Positions 1-12,189 of a DNA stretch of 64,000 nt are shown piece by piece (the stretch's first letter is position 1; each line of letters begins with the position of its first letter). Made by a program: the position numbers and the translations under genes. The stretch is from Octopus sinensis (lineage: Eukaryota). The stretch lies in contig NC_042998.1 of the NCBI RefSeq assembly GCF_006345805.1, forward strand, positions 206,584,001 through 206,648,000. Direction: 5' to 3'. Below the pieces are notes generated by a model. That model saw only the letters and a list, made by a program, of their open reading frames with translations. It made no database searches and was not told the DNA's origin.

Positions 1-519
1 ACTGCTACTAAGCAGAACGCAGTGGTTGATGGTGGTGGTAGGGGTAATAGCCTTGGCTATAGTTGTGGTAGAAGTAGAAGTGGTATCGGCTGTGGTGACA
101 ATATTGGCTGTGGTGGTGGTGATAGAAGTAGTACTGGTAGTAGTAGTAGTGGTGGTATGAGTAGCAGTGGCTGTGGTGGTGGTAGTAGTGAAAGAGGGAG
201 TAGTGTTGGTTGTAGTAGTTGAGGGGGCAGTGGTAGGAAACCCAGGGAGAATCAATAACGGTGATGGTGGTGGTGGTGGTTAGTCTTATTCCGTTCTGAG
301 TTCAAATCCTGGCAAGGTAAAGCTTCTTCCTTTTAGCATTTCGCTGTTGTTAAATACAGTACCAGTTATTATTCAGGGGTTGATACATCAGTCCTGCAAT
401 ACAGCTACCTAGATATGAACGGGATTATAACAGGAGAGAAGAGCATAGGATTCCAGATGTGACCATTCCATCTGGTTTTGTTTTGTTCAGGCTTAACATA
501 TCTTTGTCAACACATACAC

Positions 520-790
520 TGGTGACTTTAAAAAAAAAGGACACATTAGATAATGTAGTCCTAGATACACTGTGCCAGAAAGACACATTCGATTATGTAG
601 TCCTAGATACACTGTGCCTGAATGACACATACAGTAATGTAGTCCTAGATACACTGTGCCAGAAAGACACATTCAATAATGTACTCCTAGATACAATCGC
701 ATCTGGAAAAACGAGACAGGATGGTCACGGTTGGAACGCTATAGTATAAGCCAGGTCGGACTCGATCGAGCTGACCAACCCCGACTATCT
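520..790 (+). mobile_element. Dispersed repeat family C (SINE-like) with an internal 42-bp segment amplified about 4x
   Basis: Shares ACATTAGATAATGTAGTCCTAGATACACTG...GGATGGTCA with the copies at 800-905 (inverted) and 8280-8490. 42-bp units start at 541, 583, 625 and 667. Confidence 0.6.
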
Positions 791-799
791 TAGCCTTTT

Positions 800-905
800 A
801 GTAACAGTCCAGCGGGGACTACATTATCCAATGTGCTCTTCCAGGACGAAAGGTGTGGTTCGAGGGAGATTTTAGCTGTTATTTCTAGCAGAGGTTCCAG
901 TGCTC
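800..905 (-). mobile_element. Family C fragment, inverted relative to 520-790
   Basis: Reverse complement reads CTGCTAGAAATAACAGCTAAAATCTCCCTCGAACCACACC...ACATTGGATAATGTAGTCC. Confidence 0.55.
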
Positions 906-1082
906 TGACATTTGGTGGTGGTGGTGGTGGTGTTGGGAGTGGTGTCGGTTGCTGTTGTCAATATTTGATGCCGTTTGTTTGCTTGCTTGTAGCAGCAGCA
1001 GCAGCCGCAGTAGCAGTAGTAGTAATTTTGTTTATGCTAGTAATATTGGTAATGATATGAAGAGTTAGGGAATTATTGTTGG

Positions 1083-1475
1083 AGACGTCGGCTGTGTGGT
1101 AAGTAGCTTGCTTACCAACCACATGGTTCCGGGTTCAGTCCCACTGCGTAGCACCTTGGGCAAGTGTCTTCTGCTATAGCCTCGGGCCGACCAAAGCCTT
1201 GTGAGTGGATTTGGTTGACGGAAACTGAAAGAAGCCAGTCGGGCGTGTGATTGCCACCCCCACCCCACACTACCACGGCTTGACAACTGATGTTGGTGTG
1301 TTTACGTCCCTGTAACTTAGCGGTTCGGCAAAACGAACCGATAGAATAATACCAGGCTTTACAAATAATAATAATAATAAATAAATAAATACTGGGATTG
1401 ATTCCTTCGACACATAATTCTCTAAGGCAGTGCCCCAGCATGGCCACAATTTAATGACTGAAACAAGTAAAAGAT
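1083..1475 (+). mobile_element. tRNA-derived SINE family A
   Basis: Head TGTGTGGTAAG (A-box-like) and GGTTCAGTCC (B-box-like), body GCACCTTGGGCAAGTGTCTT, tail ATGACTGAAACAAGTAAAAG; many copies in the window. Confidence 0.9.
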
Positions 1476-1704
1476 CAAAGACGTGTGTGTGTGCTTTCGA
1501 GGTATTCCATTTGCCGTTTCCTCTCAACATGATAATACAAGTGTTTACCAGACATAGTATTATTATTATTATTAAAGAGGAAGCAGTGGCCTGTATGGCT
1601 TTCCTAAGGGATGGATATCACAACTGCCAAGTGTTATGAGATCAGTATTTGAGAGAAACGAGACCGGATTGGTGGTTGAGTATACCGAGAAGAACCGAAG
1701 ACTT

Positions 1705-2360
1705 CACAAATAGATACACATACATATATACACATATGTACATACAAACATATATATACATATATACACACACACATATATATATATACACACACACACA
1801 TATATATATACACATACACATATATATACACATACACACATATATATACACATACACACACACATATTTATATATACATATATATATACATACACATATA
1901 TATACATACACACATATATATATACATACATACACACATATATACATACACACATATATACATACATTTATATACACATCCATACATATATATACCTACA
2001 TATATACATACATTTATATACACATCCATACATATATATACCTACATATATACACACATCCATACATATATATACCTACATATATACACACATATATACA
2101 TACATATGCACACATGCATACACATACATATATACATACTCATATATATTCACACACATATATACGCACACATATATATACATATACACACATCTATTTA
2201 TACGTGTGTAAATAGGTATATGTGGCTGTGCATATGTATGAATGTATGTGTATATACTATGCATGTGTGAATGTACATACGTATGTGTAAGTATGCATAT
2301 AATTGTAAATATATATTTATATATATGTATACATATATGTGTGTGTGTCTGTGTATGTTT
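1705..2360. repeat. (TA)/(CA) compound microsatellite
   Basis: Direct inspection. Confidence 0.95.
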
Positions 2361-2574
2361 ATACGCATCTGTGCACACATGCACTATACAAGTTCACAAA
2401 ACCCAGCGGCAACATTTTCCTGCACACACGCACAGACCAGCAGAATCCAAGTTTTTAAATGAAAACATTATTATTTCCATATTTTTTTTAATATCATTTT
2501 CACTATTTACCGATTTCTATGCGGAAAAATTATTTCCTGTCTTTCGGTCGCGTCGTAAAAACATTTCGCAGTAT

Positions 2575-2577
2575 CAC

Positions 2578-2630
<53 letters not shown>

Positions 2631-2767
2631 TGTGTGTGTGTGTGTGTGTATATATGTTTGTATATATATATATGTGTGGTGTGTGTGTGTGTGTGTTGTT
2701 TGTATATATATGTGTATATATTATATATATGTGTGTGTGTGTGTGTGTTGTATATATATGTGTATAT

Positions 2768-2798
<31 letters not shown>

Positions 2799-3204
2799 TT
2801 GTATATATATATGTCTATATATATATATGTGTGTGTGTATATATATATGTGTGTGTTTGTATATATATATGTATATATATATATATGTGTTTGTATATAT
2901 ATGTGTATATATATGTGTGTGTTTGTATATATATGTGTGTGTATTATATATATGTGTGTGTGTGTATATATATATGTGTGTGTTTGTATATATATGTGTG
3001 TGTGTGTGTGTGTGTTTGTGTATATATATATGTTTATTATATATATATATACATGTGTGGTGTGTGTGTGTTTGTATATATATGTGTATATATATATATA
3101 CATGTGTGTGTTTGTATATATATGTGTGTGTATATATGTTTGTATATATATGTGCGTGTATATATATATATATACATGTGTGTGTGTGTTTGTATATATA
3201 TGTG

Positions 3205-3236
<32 letters not shown>

Positions 3237-3265
3237 ATATATACATGTGTGTGTGTGTTTGTATA

Positions 3266-3311
<46 letters not shown>

Positions 3312-3312
3312 A
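2575..3312. repeat. (TG)/(TA) compound microsatellite
   Basis: Direct inspection. Confidence 0.95.
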
Positions 3313-3676
3313 GCCCAAACTTTTAATTAGCCAAGCAAAAGTTTATCCCCAGAAAATAGTCTTTAATTTTTTTAATTTCAATTCCAGAAAGCCTGTTTCT
3401 TCAACGATTAAAAATTAAAATTATAAATATTTTCCAATTAACTGAATTAATAATATGTTATAATTAAACACATATCATTTTAACCTGGATATAAATTGAA
3501 TAAAACCAAATATAAATTCCCAAGTTCTGCCACCTTATTAACACCTTAATTACAATCGTTATTTTTTAATTGCAAAAATATAAAAAAATAATATTTTGGT
3601 CGTTGTTGGAAGTTAAGGGTCCGTGAGTTCAAACCTGAAAAGGAAAAATATGAAATAAATAAGTTAAGTGGCTTAC

Positions 3677-3727
3677 TTTGTGGAAAACCATCCGTCTGTG
3701 TTTTTTGTTCTCTTGGTGAAAATCCAT
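3677..3727 (-). CDS. Candidate first coding exon of an unidentified gene (MDFHQENKKHRRMVFHK)
   Basis: Minus strand has ACCATGG start context at 3727 (in-frame upstream ATG at 3748), 17 open codons in non-repeat DNA, then an AAA|GTAAGC donor at 3676. No homology recognised. Confidence 0.4.
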
Positions 3728-3799
3728 GGTAAACGAAGTTATGGTCATAATGGAAAAACAAAAATGTCTTTGAGAGTTTGGTGTCAGGGCGCCGAGTGT

Positions 3800-4144
3800 G
3801 TGTGTGTGGAGAGAGAGAGAGAGAAAGAGAGAGGGGGTGTTGTGGTGGTGGTAGGAGTAAAGAGGAAAGAGCAAGGGAGGGAGTGGGGGGAGAAAGTATA
3901 AGAACTATTAAGGAAAATGAAAGGGAGATGGGGGAGGAAAATTGAGAGGATGAGAGTGAAATTAAACCAGCTGTAGCGGAGGTTGGCTTTTATCTTCTTT
4001 CTTTCTATAGATAGAAAGATTAAGAGAGAGAGAGATTGAGAGAGAGAGAGAGAAAGAAAGAGAAAGAGAGAGAGCTCGATAGCTAGAAAGATGGATAGAT
4101 AGATATAGACAGAAAAATAAATGCAAATAGATAGACAAATAGAA

Positions 4145-4175
<31 letters not shown>

Positions 4176-4300
4176 TAAACAAACTTATAGGTAGAAAGAG
4201 AGGCAGATAGTTTGAACGCGGTAGAGAGAGAGAGAGAGAGAGAGAACTAGATATAGATGAAAAGAAAGATAAGTGAGAAAGAGGGTGAAGTAAAGAGAGA
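3800..4300. repeat. (GA)/(GATA) purine-rich microsatellite
   Basis: Direct inspection. Confidence 0.9.
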
Positions 4301-5304
4301 GAGATAGATTAATCGATTGATTGATTTCAGCGATAGATACAAGAGTTGTGTGAGTGTGTGTGTAGGAGATGGTAAGAAAAAAGAAGACGAGAGAAAGAGG
4401 AATAGAAAGAGAAGGGTGTGTGAGAGGCTGGTGGCAAGGGTACGAGGTAGGGGGGGGGGTTAAAGAAGCAATTAGGGTGATTAGGATGGTGATGCTGATT
4501 GCTGGGTTCTGTAGTGTTGTTTGTTGTGCGATGTGTCTTTGTGGGTGATACAAAAAAGTGAGGGACTTTGTTTATCGCACGGTCGGTCCTTAGTTTTAAA
4601 AGCAGATATATATAATTAACCCCAGAGCCGAGTTTTGTAGTAGTATCTGACACAGTAGAGTGGTAAGGGGCCAACAGCAGAATCGGTGCTAGTAGAACAC
4701 TATTATGAACGTGTGGGTGCAGTGTGGTGGTAGGGGGTCGGGAGGGCTGGTGTCGCGGCTGTCGGCTCCGCCACTTGGTCCTTAAAAGAGACGGCGCCCG
4801 ACAAAGCACTCTTTCCTCTGCTGTGTGTGTCTAACGCAAGTGGCGGTCTTTTTCAACTGAGGCAAACCCTCTCTTTCCCTCCCCCCCACTCTCACTTTCG
4901 CTCTCTTCCTTTCTCGTTCTCTAACCACACCTCTTCCTCCCCTTCCTCCAACTACTATCAGTGCTGCTGCTGTTGTACTTTGTTATTGTTATTACTGCTG
5001 TTGCGGAACAGCGCCGCGACGGCGGTGGAGGCGGCGGCGGCGGCGGTGGTGGTAGGCGCGGTGCTAATAGGATAGTGGCGGTGGTGGTGTGGTGGTGGTG
5101 CGAAGTGATTGGGAGGGGGAGCAGATTGGAAGGAGGAGTGTAATAGTGGTAGTGATGGTGGTGGTGGTGGTGATACTGGGAGCGGTACAGAGGGAGTGAC
5201 AGTGGTGGTGGTGGTAGTGGCGGTGGTGGTAGCGGTAACGTGTTGTTAATAGTGGCTGGTCATGTGTGTGTGTTGTATTTATATATATGCATATGTATGT
5301 ATTA

Positions 5305-5570
5305 TGTATGTGTGTATATTTACATATATGTATGTGTGTATATTTATATATATGTATGTGTGTATATTTATATATATGTATGTGTGTATATTTACATATA
5401 TGTATGTGTGTATATTTACATATATGTATGTGTGTATATTTACATATATGTATGTGTGTATATTTACATATATGTATGTGTGTATATTTATATATATGTA
5501 TGTGTGTATATTTACATATATGTATGTGTATATTTATATATATGTATGTGTGTATATTTATATATGTGTG
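5305..5570. repeat. 24-bp minisatellite (TATATGTATGTGTGTATATTTACA)n, about 10 units
   Basis: 8-aa periodicity in the ORF track; units visible in the DNA. Confidence 0.9.
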
Positions 5571-5643
5571 TGGTGTATTTATTAGTATGTATATGAATGT
5601 GAAAGTGGGAGTGTGTGTATATATATATATATATATATAAATA

Positions 5644-5674
<31 letters not shown>

Positions 5675-6299
5675 GTATATGTGCGAGTGTCTCTATATAC
5701 GTGTGTTTTTACTGTAAATGGTGCAAGGCGATGATGGTGGTGGTGGTGGTGGAGACAGCGCTGCTGCTGATGATGATGGTGATGGTGATGATGATGGTGA
5801 TGGTGATGGCAATAACAGCGCTTTGGATGACGATGGTGAAGGCTTAATGAAGGGTGACAGGGTTTTTGGTTTATTAAAATAATGAGGGGAAGAGGGGGGG
5901 GGAGACAGAGAGAGAGAGGGAAGGTACGGAAGTGGTGGCGGCGGTGCTGTGGGGGTGGTGCTGTGGCGGTGGTGGTGGTTTACTTACCGTAGTAGATGCG
6001 GAGTGGGGGTGGAGGGAATTGTTGACAATTGTGTAGTTGTGTTGGTTTGTAGTAGTAGTAGTAGTGGTAGTAGTGGTAGTAGTGAGAGTGGTGGTGGTGA
6101 GGAGGGTAATAGCGGCAGTGGTGGTGGTAGTGATGGTGGTGGTGGTGGTTAGTTGTAGCGGCTGCAGTGGTTTCAGTGGTATTGGTATGAATGGGGGATA
6201 AACAACTGCGATGGTGGTGGCCATCGTGGTATTGTTGTAGCAATTTGTAAGATGGAGAGATTAGAAAGCAACGGGGGGGGGGGGAGATATGAGAGATTT

Positions 6300-6985
6300 T
6301 ATGTATATATATATAATATATATATATATATATTGTATATGTATATGTATGTATGTATGTATTGTGTGTGTGAATATATACATACATACATATATATATA
6401 TGTGTATGTGTGTGTGTGTGAATATATACATCATACATATATATAGTGTTGTTTGTGTGTGGGTGAATATATACATACATAATTACATATATATATATAT
6501 GTGTATGTGTGTGTGTGTGAATATATACAATACATACATAATATATATATGTGTATGTGTGTGTGTGATATATACATACATACATATATATATATATGTA
6601 TGTGTTGGTGTGAATAGATACATCATATATTATATGATGTGTATGTTTGTGTGTGTGAATATATACATACATACATATATATATATATGTGTATGTGTGT
6701 GTGGGTGAATATATACATACATACATATATATATATGTGTATGTGTGTGTGTGTGAATATATACATACATACATATATTATATATGTGTATGTGTGTGTG
6801 TGTGAATATATACATACATACATATATATATATGTGTATGTGTGTGTGTGTGAATATATACATACATACATATATATATGTGTATGTGTGTGTATATATA
6901 CATACATACATATATATATATGTGTATGTGTGTGTGTGTGAATATATACATACATACATATATATATGTGTATGTGTGTGTGTTA
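6300..6985. repeat. Higher-order TG/TA/TACA microsatellite
   Basis: Recurring GTGTGAATATATACATACATACATATATAT block. Confidence 0.9.
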
Positions 6986-7204
6986 TAGTCTTAAGCAAGA
7001 ATATTAATCACATGGACTTTGAAGATTCGGCCAGCCAGCCCATTGCCGGACTGCCCTCTGTATGGCTTGGGTGGTCGAAACTTCGAAGTCACAGACAATG
7101 GTCTTGTATAAGAATAAATTTGTACTCTACAAAAAAGTGTAGGGTTAATGTACAACTACTTTTTATTATAACTGAACATAAACAAACATTAATATAGATT
7201 TGTA

Positions 7205-7226
7205 TATATACAGATATATAAAGATG

Positions 7227-7300
<74 letters not shown>

Positions 7301-7404
7301 AACGTAAATAGATAGAGAGAGAGAAAGACATAGATAGGTAGAGAGAGAGACAGATAGATAGATAGAGAGAGAGAGAGACAGATAGATAGATAGAGAGAGA
7401 GATG

Positions 7405-7437
<33 letters not shown>

Positions 7438-7541
7438 AAACGTAAATAGATAGAGAGAGAGAAAGACATAGATAGGTAGAGAGAGAGACAGATAGATAGA
7501 GAGAGAGAGAGACAGATAGATAGATAGAGAGAGAGATGTAG

Positions 7542-7574
<33 letters not shown>

Positions 7575-7675
7575 ACGTAAATAGATAGATATAGAGAGAG
7601 AGAGGTAGATAGATAGATAGATAGATAGAGAGTAGATAGATAGAAAGAGAAGAGAGAGAGATTGATTGATTGATA
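7205..7675. repeat. (GATA)/(GA) compound microsatellite with internal duplication
   Basis: Recurring GAAACGTAAATAGATAGAGAGAGAGAAAGACATAG. Confidence 0.9.
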
Positions 7676-8279
7676 GACAAGTAGCATAACACCATGCATA
7701 TGTATGAACATGTGTAAATGCATGTATTCATTCTGTACACATGCATGTAGCACTGCGTATACGCCTCTGTGTGTGTGTGTGTGTATTAATGTATGAATAT
7801 GTGAGAAAAACGACAGAATGGGTGAAAGAGAGACAAAAGGACATAGAGAGAGGGGGAGGGAGGCAGCTTGTGACGTAAAAAGCTACAATACGTAACGTCG
7901 CTCCGTTGTTTCTTCTCCTCAGCCTTCTCCTCCCGCAGTCCACCCACTCTTCTCTGCCCTTTCCCATTTCCTCCCGGCCACTCCTTATATTTCCCTTCAG
8001 CTCTTCCTCTTCCCACCCCTCATACAAACAACCGGTATTACACTTTCACTCTCTCTTGCTTTCTCTCTTTCCCCCTTTCTCTCTATCTTGGCCTTCCTTT
8101 CTTTCTCCCCTTCCCCCAATCTCTCTCATACCTTCCTCCCCTCTCTCTCTCTCTCTCACTATGCTTTCTGCTGTCTTTCTCTTTCATCCTTTTTCCCTCT
8201 ACCCCTATCTATCTATCTATCTATCTACCTCTCCCTCTCATTGACCCCGCCCTTTCTTCTTACCCTTTTACTCGTAACC

Positions 8280-8490
8280 AATGTGTGGTCGGTCGACCTG
8301 TTAACAATAGCAGCCAGGTCTCCCTCAAATCACACCCCAAAAGTTACATTAGACAATGTGCTCCTAGCAACTGTGCGCACCAGAAAAAGAAGAAAAAAAA
8401 TAGAGGATGGGGCGTCACGAATGGCTTGTCTTTGATCATAGACCTGCTCGGTCAAAGACGACCTCGGGCTAAAACAACGGCGGCAATTTA
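8280..8490 (+). mobile_element. Family C SINE-like repeat
   Basis: Similar to 520-790; ends GACCTCGGGCTAAAACAAC. Confidence 0.6.
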
Positions 8491-8641
8491 GGGAGACCAA
8501 CTCTCGGGCCTTAAGGGAGACGTGGCGTTTAGATTATTTTCTTCGAACCTAGCTTAACTCTTACTGAGTCGACCCACAATCGACGACATTCTTGGCGTGG
8601 CCACCACGTTTGTTTTCTTTGCTATTATATATAGAGCTGTG

Positions 8642-9058
8642 GGATCTTTTCGGTTTGACCGGCAGTTTTTTAAAATAATTTCCACGTAACTAAACATTTT
8701 AAAACTTCGTATACTGGTAGAATGTGTTTATAAAACATCTTTTCCTCTTGGCTTTATTGAGAAAATTCTATAGTTTGTAAGATATTTGTTGTTGCTTTTC
8801 TTCAATTTCTGCAATTTCAACCAATCACTGACGTCTATTGAGGTAAAAAAAAACAACATTCTGTGCCGTATGAATATGTCCCTCGTTTAAGAAACAGATT
8901 GGGTTTATTTACATTTCTGAAGAAAAAAAGATACCCTTCTCCCCACCCATAACCCTAACACAGATTGAAATGCAATAGATCGATACTAGGGTTATAATTA
9001 TGGGTGACAATTTCATATGACACCGCTAGAAAAAACTGCTGTTCAAACCGAAAGGATC
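8642..9058. mobile_element. MITE with about 28-bp TIRs and a 9-bp TSD (Mutator- or Merlin-like)
   Basis: Left TIR GGATCTTTTCGGTTTGACCGGCAGTTTTT, right TIR AAAAACTGCTGTTCAAACCGAAAGGATC; perfect flanking direct repeat AGAGCTGTG at 8633-8641 and 9059-9067. Confidence 0.85.
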
Positions 9059-9304
9059 AGAGCTGTGTCATTCAATGCATTCGTTTATCAAACTGGATGT
9101 GATTTGGGGGGAAATTTGGCTACTATTTCTAGCAAGGCAAGTGACTACATATTTCGTCAATTGTTTTTCTTGCTGTTTAAACTCAAGACCGCTTGAATTA
9201 GCACTCTTAGGATTAGAACTATTCCAGCCACGACTATCCCCTCAGATGCCAGCACACGGAGTAAGTCAAGTACAGAGAATGGGGGCGTCGCTATTCAAAA
9301 CATT

Positions 9305-10232
9305 TGCTTTTATTTTCTCTTTATCCCAGGTTTTGTAAAAAAACTCCTGGAGTCTTGCATGCATAGCAGGATCACTACCTGAAAACCTACGGTACCATGC
9401 TCTTCAAGCCTCTTCTCCTTATCTCCTCAAAGACATACAGCATCTCAAAAGAGTCCAGAAGCTGGCTACCCGCATGGTTCTTGGTCTCAAGCATTTGTCT
9501 TATGAAGAAAGGCTGAAGACGCTCAACCTTTATTCTCTAGAAAAACGACGACGCCGTGGTGATCTCATTCTTGCTCACAACATCATAAGCGGAAAGTATA
9601 ACCTCTCGAAAGAGCTGTTCTTCACTCCTGCTCCAGAGCGTCGGCTGCGGTGTCATTCCGAAAAGCTCTACCTGCGACGATTTCATCTCAATCGAAGGAG
9701 AGGGGCTTTCTCCGTCCAGGTTGCGGTTCCGTGGAATAAGCTGCCGGATGAGATGGTGAAGATGCTGACGACTGCTCGGTTCAAAGTCTCCCTTGACCAC
9801 AAGTGGCCTGAACTCTTTACCTGAACACCACCCTGTACATAACTCTATGTCCCCCTACATGGCCTTGCTTTTTGCTTTTTGAGCCAAAAAATTAACTAAC
9901 TTAACTAACTACTTGTTCTTTTCAGCTATGCAATACTTTCCTGATTATTCTGGCCATGCCAAGGAGGCAAACCTTTTGTAATTCTATTATAATTTCTTTT
10001 GTATCCCTCTTGATGCCTTCTGGTACTGTTCCAAAGGACCCAACAATAATTGGCACTTTCTTCATCTTCTTCATTTTCCAGAGCCAGGCCATTTTGTAAT
10101 TAAGAGGGTTATATCTTTCTATCTTTTCGCCTTCCTTCTTGACTTTTTGTGGGTCAAAGCGACACACATCATCAGCTGTATAGCACATGTCCACCACCAC
10201 TAGCCCCAGTCTGTTGTGCTCTAGCACCAGAT
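9305..10232 (-). mobile_element. R4/Dong-like non-LTR retrotransposon 3' fragment (RLE domain), interrupted by a CR1 insertion
   Basis: Minus ORF ...PIIVGSFGTVP...LQKVCLLGMARIIRKVL is typical of the R4-clade C-terminus; its 3' UTR is split at 9403-9910. Confidence 0.85.
9403..9910 (+). mobile_element. CR1/L2-group LINE 3' end (ORF2 C-terminus, 3' UTR, (TAAC)n tail)
   Basis: In-frame ...HLKRVQKLATRMVLGLKHLSYEERLKTLNLYSLEKRRRRGDLI...FSVQVAVPWNKLP...FKVSLD; tail AACTAACTTAACTAACT. Confidence 0.9.
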
Positions 10233-10235
10233 CTA

Positions 10236-11500
10236 TATTATTATTATTATTATTATTTCCCCTTCATCACAGGTTTTGTTGGAGCTCCTGGAGTTTTTTC
10301 TGCATAACGGGCTTCCTACCTGCAGCCTATGGTACCATGCTATCCATCCTTTCCAGCTACCAAATACTTTCCTGATTATTCTGGCTGTGCCAAGGTGGCA
10401 AACCTCTTGCAACAGCTCTACTGGGTACTCTATTCCAATTTCCTTTATATCCCCCTTGATGCCTTCTGGTACTGTTCCAAAGGACCCAACAATAATTGGC
10501 ACTACCTTCACATTCTTCATTTTCCATAGCCAGGCTATTTCATACTTAAGATGGTTATATCTGTCTATCTTTTCACCTTCCTTCTTGACCATTCATGGGT
10601 CAAAGAGGCATGCAACATCAACCATATAGCCCATGTGGTGCACCTTGTCCACTACCACTATGTCCAGTCTGTTATGCTCTAGCACCTGATCTGTTTGGAT
10701 TGAGAAATCCCAGAGGATTTTGCAAGTCTCCGACTCTGCCAGTCTCTGCGGTTTGTGCTCATACCATGTCTTGCCTCTCTCTAACCCTCACTTTTCACAC
10801 AGTTTCTAATGTATCTCTTTCTCTACCTGACCTTGTCGCAACAACTTATAGTGGATTGGGGCAAGTCTAAGGCATTCGTTCGTGATATGGGCAATGGTTC
10901 CATCCACCTTGTTGCAGATGTGGCACAACAGAGACACTTGCTCATTCCTCAGGTTGACCCTCCAGTCCATGGCCAAAGCTTGGTCTTGCGCTGACAGTAC
11001 AGCACTCTCCATCTCTTTTTCTAGTATTTGTTTCATCAGCCAATCCCACCTATTTTTGTCCAGCAACTTCTGTTGTGGCTTCATGGAATCCATTGTGTAG
11101 TCCCTTCACTGCATAATTCTTCTTCATGTCCTTTTTATATACTTCTTCCTTTGTTTTCCCTTTTTTCTCTGTTCTCAGGACCCCTTCATTCCTAACTGTC
11201 ACTAGCAAGGTTTCCTTACTTTGGGCTCAGCATCTCATTAAGCTCTCGTTTCCCATACGCACGCAGTCAGTCCCCTTCGTCCATTTGCTCTTTCCATGTA
11301 TAAGCGATCAGTGTCAGCACATGGATGATGGACTCCATGCATCACATGGAGCTTTCCTGACTTCCTCTCTATCTCCTTTAGCTCCTTCTCTGACCACTTC
11401 AGGATTCCACTGCCATACCGAACTACTACAACTGTGCACGAATTTAAGGTTTAAGGATTGCCTTAAAAATGCTCTGATACAGACAGGAATTACAGCTGGT
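10236..11500 (-). mobile_element. R4/Dong-like LINE, 5'-truncated (RT C-terminus, CCHC finger, RLE, (TAA)n end)
   Basis: Minus frames: RYGSGILKWSEKEL...HPCADTDRLY, then CHICNKVDGTIAHITNEC, then KYEIAWLWKMKNVKVVPIIVGSFG...LGTARIIRKV; TTA tract at 10238-10257. Confidence 0.9.
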
Positions 11501-11529
11501 AATTGGGAGAGGGAGGCACAAGACCCGTG

Positions 11530-11995
11530 ATGGATGGATGAAGATAGTGCATGATGGCTGTTCAAGGTTTGAGAGGGAGAGAATTAGGAGGGGGCTTGGA
11601 AGGGGGCAACCTGTGGAAAGTGAGAGTGTTGCTTTTTATGTGTGTGGTTTGTGGGTGGAGATGTTTGGGTCATTCAGGCCTGGTGAGCCATCAAAATTCT
11701 CATAGAAATCCCATGATAAACAATGAGGTGGCTATTAAAGTTCACAATGGAACATGAGTAAAATGTGGAAGGGTGTGCCTCTCAGCTGGAGGTCTGAAAA
11801 GACATGTTAAGAGAGTGCATATGGTGGAACCTGTTTCTCCTGCCAGCCAGCACAGTTGTCCAGTATGTAATAAAATGTGTAAAAACTTGGGCGGGCTTGA
11901 AAGTCTTATAAAGGCATCACATGGCAACAATCATGAATCATTTCAGTAAGTCTTCTTGGCAATGGCTTTTCTTGTGTAACAAGGATGCAGCTATG
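11530..11995 (+). mobile_element. RTE-clade LINE 3' end carrying three decayed C2H2-like fingers
   Basis: WMKIVHDGCSRFERERI (RTE-like C-terminal motif), then CVVCGWRCLGHSGLVSHQNSH, *VKCGRVCLSAGGLKRHVKRVH and CPVCNKMCKNLGGLESLIKASH; (TATG)n tail. Confidence 0.6.
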
Positions 11996-12189
11996 TATGT
12001 ATGTATATGTATATATATCTATATCTATACACACAATACCATACAGGATGTACATTGAATATATAGAACGCTCCCCTCAAGTATCTCTTTCGACCTTATT
12101 GTTATTATCTCTTCCGGTGTCCTGCTATCCGGGTCACCTTTTATAAGCAAGACATTCTTGCTGTCCCACCACTCCACTGTTCAAGATTT

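Noticed and set aside
1634-7753. Long ORFs rich in Y/I/C/V/H/T or S/L (many in the ORF track, also at 21.6-22.5, 37.3-37.9, 42.7-43.0 and 52.2-53.6 kb)
   Set aside because: They are translations of di- and trinucleotide microsatellites, which lack stop codons by composition.
11551-11945. Host C2H2 zinc-finger gene
   Set aside because: No TGEKP linkers, a stop and a frameshift, an RTE-like upstream motif and a simple-repeat tail; better explained as a LINE end.
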